From Gammaproteobacteria bacterium (GTDB lineage: Bacteria; Pseudomonadota; Gammaproteobacteria; Ga0077536): a DNA stretch of 64,000 bases. Position 1 is the stretch's first letter. Every line of letters begins with the position of its first letter. The position numbers and the translations under genes are program-made. Positions 54,537 to 64,000 of this stretch are shown piece after piece. A model generated the notes under the pieces. The model had not been told where the DNA came from, did no database searches, and was given only the letters and a program-made list of their open reading frames with translations. Location: NCBI GenBank assembly GCA_963662545.2, contig CAXXLL010000003.1, forward strand, positions 1,408,001-1,472,000. Reading direction: 5' to 3'.

Positions 54537-54774
54537 CACCATAACAGGCGATGATGTAGGCATCGAAGTCGCCTGCTGCATCGCCTTTTTCGATTTCGTT
54601 CAGGATCCCGGGTACGCACATAACCTCGTCGTAATACGATTCGATCGAAGCCGGCGCGTAGTCCGGTGTCACGGCCACCACTTCGGTGCCGGGCGAGGCG
54701 ACCGAGCGGCCGGCTACTTCGTCCGCCGCGGTCATGTCGTCGGATGAATTTGGATTGATGATCATGATTTTCAT
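54529..54774 (-). pseudogene. Asp/Glu/hydantoin racemase family, truncated at the ISCR end
   Basis: MKIMIINPNSS..MT, ASIE, DAYIIACY, then cut after ~80 aa. Confidence 0.85.
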
Positions 54775-54912
54775 GGGAGGTTCTACTGTGTACGCCGCTG
54801 GCCCGGCTGGCGGTAGGGAGATTCGCCCGCAAGCGGGCGAATCGAAATCTGTTGCGTAATGTAGAACACCACCATAGTGTACGCACGTCGGTGACACGGC
54901 GCGCGGTCCAGC

Positions 54913-55977
54913 ATGGCTCAAGATCATTTTCCACACTTTACCTTTAGCGGCGATCCGCGCACCCGCGGGCTCGCCTATGGGCGGGCATTGCGCGATCGGA
55001 TCCACGCAACCTTTGCGGTGTACAACGAGCGGCTTTTCGTCAAAAGCCCATTGACGCAAGCCGAATTCATGGCGCGGGCTGAACGGGTACGCACAATGAT
55101 CGCGGAATTCAACAATGCGTTCGTCGAGGAACTCGATGCCATTGCCGATAGCGCGGACATCGCGCGCTGGAAGATCTATCTGCTGAACGCCCGCACCGAG
55201 ATCCTGAACGCCGAAGTCGGCGAATGCACCGCCTTGTGTTTTCCGCAATCGCGGGTGATGGGGCAGACCTGGGACTGGTTCGATGGGTTCGAAGAACTTG
55301 CCGTACTCGTGACTTATGAACGCCCCGATAGAACGCGGGTCTTGGCTTTCACTGAACCCGGCATGCTCGCCAAGATAGGCTTTAACAGTGCCGGCGTCGG
55401 CGTCTGCCTGAACTTCCTCGACCATAAGCACGCGCTCGACGGGGTGCCGGTGCATATCCTCACGCGCGCGGTTCTCGAGTGCGAAAGCGTCGATGCGGCA
55501 CGCCGCTCGATCGAACGGTCGGGCTTTGGTAAGTCCAGCCATTTTCTGATCGGCGATGCCGCCGGCGATGCGCTCAGCATCGAGTTCATGGGTGATACCT
55601 CGGCGCTGGTCGAACGCTTTCGCAACGCCTACCTCCACACCAATCATTGCATCTTCCCGGGTGCGCCGGCGGACGTGACCGAAGCGTCATCCTCGACCGC
55701 CTGCCGCCTGACGCGCGCCCGCGCCCTGCTCGAGTCAAACGATGAACGCACATTCGACGTCCTAAAGCACATACTGCTCGACGAACAGGGCGGGGATGTC
55801 GCGATCAACAACCCGTTTCATCCATCCGCCGTCTTCCCGGGGGAACGCATCGGTAGCTGCGGTACTTTCATCATGGATCTGACGCGACGCGAGATCCACG
55901 TGCGGAAAGGACCGCGTGATGTGAATCCGTTGCGCGTTTATACGCTAGACGGCGCGGCATCGGTCGCCGCGGCGTAA
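54913..55977 (+). CDS. C45 family Ntn-hydrolase (isopenicillin-N acyltransferase-like)
   Basis: LNARTE, ECT autocleavage site, GQTWDW, KIGFNSAG, HTNH. Confidence 0.92.
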   Translation: MAQDHFPHFTFSGDPRTRGLAYGRALRDRIHATFAVYNERLFVKSPLTQAEFMARAERVRTMIAEFNNAFVEELDAIADSADIARWKIYLLNARTEILNAEVGECTALCFPQSRVMGQTWDWFDGFEELAVLVTYERPDRTRVLAFTEPGMLAKIGFNSAGVGVCLNFLDHKHALDGVPVHILTRAVLECESVDAARRSIERSGFGKSSHFLIGDAAGDALSIEFMGDTSALVERFRNAYLHTNHCIFPGAPADVTEASSSTACRLTRARALLESNDERTFDVLKHILLDEQGGDVAINNPFHPSAVFPGERIGSCGTFIMDLTRREIHVRKGPRDVNPLRVYTLDGAASVAAA

Positions 55978-56021
55978 TCGCCAAAGCCATTGTCCGACAA
56001 ACCTGTGGCGTGTTGGCAGCG

Positions 56022-58392
56022 CTATCGGTTGGCGGACTCGGTCTCCCCGTCAGCCGCGAACGCTTGCTTGGTCTTGACCCGGGCGACGCCGTAACGCCGC
56101 GCGAGCGCCGGCGTAAACGTGAGGTCGAGCAGCCAGGTGATGACCAGCGTCAACGCCGCAAGCAGCCCGAATTCAGCCTGGCTGCGTAACTCGCCAACGA
56201 CGAGCGTGGCGAAACCCAGGCTTAGTCCCGCCGTCGTGAAGCTCACCGGCCGCACGACTACGGCGAGTGCATTGCCCAAGGCCGCGCGCTCGCCACCGGT
56301 ATGTCGCGCGGTTTCGCGCAGGCGCGCGAAAAAGTGGATGCTGTCGTCGACCGCAATGCCGAGCACGACCGAGGCGACCAGGCTCGTGGTCAAGTTGAGC
56401 GTGACACCACTCCAGCCGAGGATGCCGAAGAACGCCAGAATAGGTAAGACGTTAGGAACCAGTGCAACGGCCGCGAGCTTGAATGAACGAAACATCGCAG
56501 CCAGCACAAGATAGATCGGAATCAGCGCGGCTGACAGGCTTAGAACCTGACCGCGGGTCACATCGTCGAGGGTGCGCGCGATCAAGTACGAACTGCCGGT
56601 CACGTACCCGCGCAAGTCCGGCGAAAGTTCGCGCAACCGGTTTTCGATGCGGTCAGAGAGCCGATTGAGATCGGCGCTCGCCGCGACCCGAGTCCGCACT
56701 TGCAGCAGGGTGCTCATGAACTCGGGATCCGTGAATCACCGTACATCCTCGCTACCGCCGAGCAAGATGAGGTGGCTGGCCAAACCCTTCGAGTCCGGCA
56801 CCGGATCGTCATCAACCAGATCGGGTGCAAGGGCCCGCTCGAGTACACCGATATAGTCGAGCAAGGTATAGACCCCACCGATTTCCGGCTGTTCGAGCAA
56901 CCAGGTCTTGAGCTCGTCCAAGGCCTTGAGGGCAGGCGGCGTTTTGAAAGCATCGAACGTGTCGCTCTCGAGCACGATCTGTAATGGCACGGCGCCTGCG
57001 AAGACCTGACTCATGCGATCGAAATTGCGTCGCAACTCGCTGCCGGCTTGAAAATTGGCCAGGTAATCCGTACTCACGTTAATGCGCGCGACCCCGGCCA
57101 GCGAAAATGCGGTCAGCAACAGGCCGCACATCAGAAACACGCGTCCCTTCCGTTCCGCGAATTGCGCGAGCCAGGGGCCCAGCCGGTCAGCGCGGCGCAC
57201 CGCATCCGCGCGCGGGAGACCGGGCATGAGCACCAGACCGGCCGTTACGACGGTGAGCGCGGCCAGCCACGCCAAAACCGTGCCGAGACTTGCGAACGCA
57301 CCGAACAGACGGATGGAATCGATATCGCTGAAGGTCAGCGAGGCAAAGCCAATCGCCGTGGTGACGGCCGTGAGTGTTACCGGATACGCAACGTCGGCCA
57401 GGGCCGCCCGCGTCGCTCCGGCACGGTCCAAGCCGGCAGCGAAATGCCGATCGAAGTCACTGACGACGTGAATCGCGTAGGCGAATCCAACCACGTAAAT
57501 GGTTGGCGGCAGGATCACGGTGACATAGTTGAGGGAATGCCCGGACACCACGAATACGCCCAAAGTCAGAATCAGCGCGACGGCGTTCGCCATCGATGGC
57601 AACATGACGCCGCGTAAATGACGAAAACCAAGCGCGACGACCAGCAACGTGGCTGCGACCGCCAATGACATTACGCGAAAAAGATCGCGCAGCAGCAGTT
57701 GGCTGATTTCCAAGCGGACGTACAAGGGCCCGGAAAGGAATTGTTCGACGTCGCTCGCTTCTTCGCGCGAAGCGGCCCGGATATCGGCGACGATTCCGAT
57801 CAGCGTGCGCGCCGAAAGTCCGCGCTTGAAGCGCGCGGCGAGCATGGCACCGTGGCCGTCCCGGGACGGCGAGGTAGCCGGCATAGAGCGGGTTTTCCAA
57901 GACTGCGTCCCGCACGGCGAGCGCCGCCGCCGGCGTCTGGGGAAGCTCGCTCAGATATGCGCCGACCTCGGTAAAGTCCTCATAGACGCGTGTCTGGACG
58001 GCCGTGGCAAGGCTTTCCACGTGCTCGACGCCGGGCATGCGCTCGACCCGCCGTGTCAGACGCTTGAACGCGGCCAGTCGCTTGGGGGTGAAAAGGTCCT
58101 CGGCGACCCAGGCGACGAGCAGGAGATCGTCGCTCGAGTATCGAGCTCGGTCCTCGGCGACCCAGGCGACGAGCGAGTATCGATCGCGAACGGCCTCGAA
58201 CCTCGCGAGTTCGACGCCTTGCTGCGGCAACAAGGCACGCACGGAAGGATCGACTTCGAGTGCGAGCTCGAGACTCGGCCATTCGAGCAGGGGAACGAGC
58301 GCCGTCAGGGTCAAACCGAACATGACGGCGATGATGCGTCGCGGGCATGCGACCAGCATGTCGAACATCCGCGCAATCATGACTTGGAGCAC
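56022..58392 (-). pseudogene. MMPL/RND-family exporter with frameshift (~57875), TGA (56736) and internal duplication
   Basis: Three ORF pieces; LSGP, AIHV, TTAIGF, VTGS, GIAVDDSIH. Confidence 0.88.
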
Positions 58393-58491
58393 TTACGCTA
58401 GCAGCTTTTACTTTCCGACCGTGACTTCAAACCGTTCGTTAAATACCTAGGGCTAAAATCTGCGCTACCCGCCTGACAGTGCGCGAATCGG

Positions 58492-59323
58492 TCAATGACC
58501 GCCGCGCCTGAGTTCGGAGAGTTCGAACATGGCGTCATCGAGATCGGGATCGATGGCGACTTCTTCGACGATAAAGACACTTTGAGTATTGAACTTGAGG
58601 TCTGACATCGTCGTGCGGAACGAGACCCAATGGCGCGAAGAAATCTGTTCGGGATCGATCGTCGACCATCTGGATCTCTTCGCGTTCGGCCGTAAGCTGC
58701 TTGCGCAAATCACCATTCGGCGCGAAGAAATCTGTTCGTATGGGCAGGCAGACCTCTTTATCGATGTAAAACCTGAGGAGACTGTAGTGTGCATTGTCGT
58801 CCGGTTTGACGGTCTCCATCACGTAGGCAGGAAAGCCATCGATGTCGGCATCCTCGACGCGAACGACTTCCTCGCGTTCGTCAACCCGATAGAAATATGA
58901 AAAATCTTCATACGTGAAATCCGTGCCGAGAATAGAGCCGAAAAATGATTCGCCGGTAACCCGTCTGATGCGCTTGATCATGGGTGAGTAGGACATATAA
59001 GACACGACGTTTTTCTCGGCATCGTCACTGATCAGGACCGCAACACCTTTCTCGTCGAGCGGCTCCAATACGCGCACGAGTATTCGAGAATCGTTAGTCT
59101 GCGAACGTTTCCAGAAGACCGTGCGCCTCGACTCGCGTACATGCCCGTTGGTGCCGATGACTTCCACTTTTTGCACCTGGGTCGCGGTTTCCGTCGGTAA
59201 CGCCCGATCTGCGCACTCGCGAACCTCGGGGTCTTCGATACGCGACGTATCGAAAGCGCATACGTTGAACGTCATTGCAAAAAGCGCGGCCCCGAATAGT
59301 GGGGCGCGTCGGTGATTCCGCAC
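58492..59323 (-). pseudogene. outer-membrane lipoprotein-sorting (LolA-like) protein, frameshifted at ~58630-58655
   Basis: IRRV, LGTDFTYEDF; C-terminus LDDAMFELSELRRG lies in another frame; typical partner of MMPL exporters. Confidence 0.8.
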
Positions 59324-59503
59324 GGGGATTCTCCTTTCGTGAATGTGGTGTTTTCCCGGAATTTACTTCGCCCGATCCAGGCTACCGGGAACGTATCATA
59401 CTTCCCTCAGCAACGCGGGCCGCTTATGCTTGTTCGGGTACTTTTACCTCAGGCGGTTAGCGTATCCAGGCCCCAAGTCCTTTCATTGTGCCGGAGTCGA
59501 CAC

Positions 59504-60031
59504 ATGACTGATGCCAGAAAATTCAATGAACTCATCGCGCGCCAGGAGATCGCGGATGTGATTTACCGCTACGCACGCGGCATCGATCGTCTCGATTTCG
59601 ATCTCGTTCGCTCGTGTTATCACAGCGATGCTTACGATGACCACGGTGCGTTTGCCGGCAATGTCGACGAATTCATCGAGGCCGCCGGAGTATTTTTGCA
59701 GCGTTGGACGGCGACGCAGCATTTCATGGGGAATATGCTTATCGAGATCGATGGTGATTTCGCCAGAGCCGAAACCTATGCGGTGGCCTACCATCGCCTT
59801 GAAGATGAACATGGCAACGGTAAAGACGACATCATGGGTATCCGCTAAGTCGATCGTTTCGAAAATCGAGACAGTGCGTGGAAAATTGCCTACCGCGTCG
59901 TCGCCACGGAATGGCGGCGGGTAGATCCGTTAAAGGGCGCAAGGCATCGCAACGAAATCGGCGTCTGGGGCCGCCGCGACAAAGACGACGTCATCAACTG
60001 GGTAATGACGGCCGCACCGCCCTCAGCTTGA
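59504..60031 (+). pseudogene. SnoaL/NTF2-like protein with in-frame TAA at 59846
   Basis: YRYARGIDRLD, YHSDAYDDHG, TQHFMGN, R*VDRFENRD..WKIAYR. Confidence 0.88.
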
Positions 60032-60179
60032 GGCGGAACACCACTCGCGCGCATCTGTTCTGCCGATTACTTCCCACAAGCACTGACAATTTTTTCGTAT
60101 CGTCGCGAACAAAGCGAGCCTGTCTTGAACACCCATAGCGAACAGCAAAAATTGAGACCGCCGTCCTGCTGCAAGCAGA

Positions 60180-61403
60180 CAAGGCGCCGACGAGTGCTGA
60201 GCTGACCCACCTGACACACACCATCGCTCAGCGCGTCGGGCGCTTCCTGGAACGCCAGGGGCTGCTGGTACGCGATGCCGACGACTGCATGGATGCAGGA
60301 GGTAGAGCAACGCAGGGAGCAGTTGCCGAGAACAGCTATCTGTGCGCGGAGGCCATGGAAGCGGGGCCGTTCGATGAGCTCCTGGGTCACTCGATGATGT
60401 GCAGGGAAGCACGAATGCCGCGGAGCGCAGGGATGCGCTGGAGCGGCCACGTATCGCATCGCGGTGGGCCCGCACGCGGGCCGCAAGGTGTTCACCCTAC
60501 AGACACTACCGGACTGCAATGAGCCGTTCGTTGACCAGGTGGGCAGGATGCCCGGAGTACTTCATTGCGCGGTTGGCAGCGTTGGTGCCCAAGCCCAGAG
60601 TCAACTTGACCCGCTTGGATGGGGGACATCCCTGTCCCCCACCCTTCGGGCAACCTTCGGTTGTCCAAATTTATTCCAGATAAATTTGTCACGGCGTTTT
60701 CGCCCCCAACAGCGCGCATCGTGCGCGGGTGACGCCTTCCAAGCGCGCTAAGGGCAACAAGGCCAGCACGGCAGATGCGACGGACGGCCCAACACCGGTC
60801 GAACGCCGGGCAGCGATGGCCGGTTTTTGCTCCTGCAAAACAGGCATACATGCCATCCATGGCAATAACCTGGGCGCAGCGCCTGAAGCGCGTTTTCAAA
60901 GCTTCCGCGTCCTGCTCACGCCCCTGACCTACATCCCTGTAGGCCACATCGACATCGAGACCTGCAAGCGCTGCGGCGGCCACGTCAAGATCATCGCCTG
61001 CATCGAAGATCCGGTGGTGATTGAGAAGATCCTCACCCACCTCGAACGCCAAGATGCAACGGCCGCTGCCGCTCGTTTACCACCGTGTCGGGCGCCGCCC
61101 AAAGCGCGCTTGTTCGCCTGATAGACGCGCAACCACGCGAGTACGACCAGCAGCTGCGACACCGAGCGACGCGGCACGACTGCATGGACGCAGGAGGTAG
61201 AGCAACGCAGGGAGCGGTTGCCGAGAGTCGCTGTCGTGCCGCGGGTCGCAACCGTCGAAATATCGCGCTGAACTACAGGATTTCTCCCCGCTCAGGGGCG
61301 CAATTGCGGCCAACACCGCCTCGAAGCTCAGGCTGACGGCTGTTCGATGACCTGAGGATATTCGATGGGCTTGGGGGAAAGGGCGTTTATTCGGCCTATA
61401 CTC
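60180..61403 (+). mobile_element. degraded ISCR/IS91-like transposase relic with five short insertions and an oriIS-like end
   Basis: GRFLERQGLL, TYRIAVGP, FIARLAALVPKPRVNLTR, HGVFAPN, WAQRLKRVF; end GCGTTTATTCGGCCTATACTC. Confidence 0.85.
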
Positions 61404-61404
61404 G

Positions 61405-61748
61405 ACTCTTCGTCCTCATCTACCTCGAGCGCAAAGACACGTCAACTATTGCCCCGCGTTTGCCACCGTCTCGAGGGCCGCCGCAGGTCAGTTTGTTCGA
61501 TTGAGACAGCACACAACTACGGTGAAAGGCTCACGGCTGCGACACTGACGAAGCGCCACGGATGCTGTCGGCTCGATGGTGGGAACTGTCGGAAATTCCG
61601 CTTATGCGAGCGACTTCTCCTGGTTCGAAACGTGCGATGACGGTTGATACCACACCGAAACGCCGGTTGTGGCCGTTGGGTAATCCGCAGATACTCGACG
61701 GGGCTTGCGAGAGATCGCCGAAAGATAGCGTTTGTGTTTCCTATACTT
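61405..61748 (+). mobile_element. third, divergent ISCR 3' tail
   Basis: YLERKD..LPPSRGPPQVSLFD*; end GCGTTTGTGTTTCCTATAC resembles the ISCR oriIS. Confidence 0.65.
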
Positions 61749-61767
61749 GTCCGTGGAGGTTTTTTGA

Positions 61768-62223
61768 TTGGCCAAGCTCCGCATTAACCAGCGAGATTTC
61801 CATGTCAGCGCAGCCGCGGATACGCCGCTATTGTGGGTGCTGCGTGACGAGCTTGGCCTCACTGGGACCAAGTACGGTTGTGGCAAAGCGCTATGCGGCG
61901 CTTGCACCGTATTTGTCGAGGGGAAACCTGTACGTGCATGCACCCTACCTCACACCGCGCTCGAGGGTAAGGAAATCACGACAATCGAGGGGATCGATTC
62001 GGAGGAATCGCGCGCGGTGCGTGCCGCCTGGCTCGAGATCGACGTCGCGCAATGCGGCTACTGTCAGTCGGGGCAGATTCTTTCTGCAACCGCGTTGCTT
62101 ACGCACAATCGTAAACCAAGTGACGACGATATCGATCGTGCGATGGACGGCAATATTTGCCGCTGCGCAACCTACGCCCGCATCCGCGAAGCGATCCATC
62201 GAGCGGCGGACACCTTGTCATGA
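61768..62223 (+). CDS. iorA: (2Fe-2S) small subunit of an isoquinoline 1-oxidoreductase-like molybdoenzyme
   Basis: [34 protein letters not shown]. Confidence 0.92.
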   Translation: MAKLRINQRDFHVSAAADTPLLWVLRDELGLTGTKYGCGKALCGACTVFVEGKPVRACTLPHTALEGKEITTIEGIDSEESRAVRAAWLEIDVAQCGYCQSGQILSATALLTHNRKPSDDDIDRAMDGNICRCATYARIREAIHRAADTLS

Positions 62224-64000
62224 GTGACTCGGTCTTCAAACTCAACCGACGGGATTTCGTGAAATACGGACTGGCTGCCGGAAGCAGTCTGACGTTGGGG
62301 GTTGGGTTCGACCCTGCGCTGGCCGCTATAAATAGTGCGCGAGATGGTGTCGATACGGATCGTACGTTCGCGCCGAACGCCTTCGTTCGAATCGATAGCG
62401 ATAGCATCGTCACGATCATCTCGAAGCACCTGGAGATGGGACAAGGAATTTATACCGGCCTTCCAACCCTGGTGGCCGACGAACTCGATGCAGACTGGTC
62501 ACAGATCCGAGTCGAGGGCGCACCAGCGGACGCTGAACTCTATAACAATCTTAATTGGGGATCTTCCCAAGGAACCGGCGGCAGTTCGTCGATGCGCAAT
62601 TCGTATTTGCAAATGCGGCGCGCAGGCGCGACGGCGCGCGCAATGTTGATCGGTGCGGCAGCAACAGTTTGGAACGTTGCGCCGAAAACAATCACGATCA
62701 ATAAAGGAGAAATCACACACAGAGCGAGCGGGCGCAGCACAACATTCGGGGAAATGGCAATGCGAGCTGCCACCCGACCGGTGCCGCAAAAAGTGCCGCT
62801 CAAGCATCCAGTCGATTTTGTCCACATCGGAAACGACGTCGCGCGCCTCGATAAATCGCATAAGGTCGATGGAACCGCGATCTATACGCAGGACTTGCGC
62901 CTGCCCGGTATGCTCACCGCCCTCGTGCAACACCCGCCGCGCTTCGGCGCGAAAGTGAAGTCATTCGATGCCAGCGCAACGAAACACATACAAGGGGTCA
63001 AAGCCATCGTCGCGATCGAGTCGGGGATCGCAATCGTTGCCAAAAACTTCTGGGCAGCGAAGCAAGGCCGCGATGCGCTGCAGGTCGAATGGGATGAAAG
63101 CGACGCTTTTCGCGGCAACAGCGACGAGATACTCACCTACTTTCGAACGCTAGCCACCCAGCCGGGAAAGATCGCACGCCACGACGGCGACGTAAGCGCG
63201 GCGTTTGCAACAGCTGAGACGATCATCGAATCGGCTTACGAATTTCCCTATCTCGCACATGCGACGATGGAGCCGATGAACTGTATCGCACAAGTCACGG
63301 ATCGCGGCTGCGAGCTCTGGTACGGCGCACAGTCACAGACTCGCGATCAACGTCACGTCGCCGCCGCGCTCGGGATCGATTTTTCGAATGTGACGATCAA
63401 CATGCTCTATGCAGGCGGTTCATTCGGACGCCGGTCCGACCTCAACAGTGATTACGTCGTCGAAGCGGCGCGCATAGCCCAAGCGGTCGGGGGCGATCGC
63501 TCGGTGAAACTGGTATGGACGCGTGAAGACGATATGCGCGCCGGCGCCTATCGTCCGCTTAATTACCACGTCCTACGTGGCGCACTTGATGCACGAGGTC
63601 GAATTACCGCGTGGCAACATCGGATAGTAGGTCAGTCCATCTTAGCCGGAACGCGTTTCGCCAAAGGCCCGGAAGCGCTCGACCGCACTACATTCGAAGG
63701 CGCGTCGACGTTGCCTTACGAGATCCCGAACATTAAAGTCGATGTACACAATCCGCTGGTCGGGGTCCCAGTGCTTTGGTGGCGCTCCGTCGCCCACAGC
63801 CATACCGCATACTCTACCGAAACCTTCCTCGACGAACTCGCGCATACCTCGGGTAAGGACCCTGTTGCATTGCGCTTGGACCTACTTAGCAACAATAAAC
63901 GCCAACAAGACGTCGTGCGATTGGCCGCCAAGCGAGCCGGCTGGGACAAACCGCTGCCTAAGGGGCGCGGCCGCGGGATCGCAGTACACGAGGCGTTCAA
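62220..64000 (+). CDS. iorB: molybdopterin-binding large subunit (IorB-like), runs off the window
   Basis: Tat-like [46 protein letters not shown]. Confidence 0.9.
   Translation, partial: MSDSVFKLNRRDFVKYGLAAGSSLTLGVGFDPALAAINSARDGVDTDRTFAPNAFVRIDSDSIVTIISKHLEMGQGIYTGLPTLVADELDADWSQIRVEGAPADAELYNNLNWGSSQGTGGSSSMRNSYLQMRRAGATARAMLIGAAATVWNVAPKTITINKGEITHRASGRSTTFGEMAMRAATRPVPQKVPLKHPVDFVHIGNDVARLDKSHKVDGTAIYTQDLRLPGMLTALVQHPPRFGAKVKSFDASATKHIQGVKAIVAIESGIAIVAKNFWAAKQGRDALQVEWDESDAFRGNSDEILTYFRTLATQPGKIARHDGDVSAAFATAETIIESAYEFPYLAHATMEPMNCIAQVTDRGCELWYGAQSQTRDQRHVAAALGIDFSNVTINMLYAGGSFGRRSDLNSDYVVEAARIAQAVGGDRSVKLVWTREDDMRAGAYRPLNYHVLRGALDARGRITAWQHRIVGQSILAGTRFAKGPEALDRTTFEGASTLPYEIPNIKVDVHNPLVGVPVLWWRSVAHSHTAYSTETFLDELAHTSGKDPVALRLDLLSNNKRQQDVVRLAAKRAGWDKPLPKGRGRGIAVHEAF

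Noticed and set aside
54529-55647. 372-aa minus-strand ORF as one gene
   Set aside because: Mostly the antisense shadow of the C45 hydrolase; only the last ~81 aa are a real racemase fragment with its own RBS
11819-59848. Stop-codon reassignment explaining the many in-frame stops
   Set aside because: The stops are of all three types and replace different expected residues (Trp, Tyr, probably Ser/Arg); normal genes end in TAA, TAG and TGA

Overview
A GC-rich, probably proteobacterial region that is dense in insertion sequences and pseudogenes. It holds ordinary catabolic and secreted-protein genes, plus at least 12 IS copies or fragments: ISL3, five ISNCY-type copies in two head-to-tail arrays, IS5, IS66, two IS3, IS256, IS4/IS10 group and IS1182. 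There are also three ISCR/IS91-like relics and two IS1182-type MITEs. An AT-richer island (~25.4-39.8 kb) encodes an unusual TE-less NRPS-type cluster: an A-T-FkbM methyltransferase, two stand-alone condensation domains, a free carrier protein, two PhyH dioxygenases, a GMC oxidase, an IS-split ThDP enzyme and a small repeat protein. A FimB-like recombinase sits at its right edge. The most unexpected signals are: (i) a ~140-bp repeat of ~24-bp palindromes at 58-59 bp periodicity that precedes single co-oriented genes like cassette sites and is targeted by IS1182 and its MITEs; (ii) an IS that regenerates its TAGCTA target and sits in tandem arrays; (iii) five different ~50-70-bp GGA-loop hairpin insertions inside one ISCR relic; (iv) a candidate structured RNA or small ORF at ~10.95 kb. 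All family assignments come from motif recognition by eye; no searches were run.
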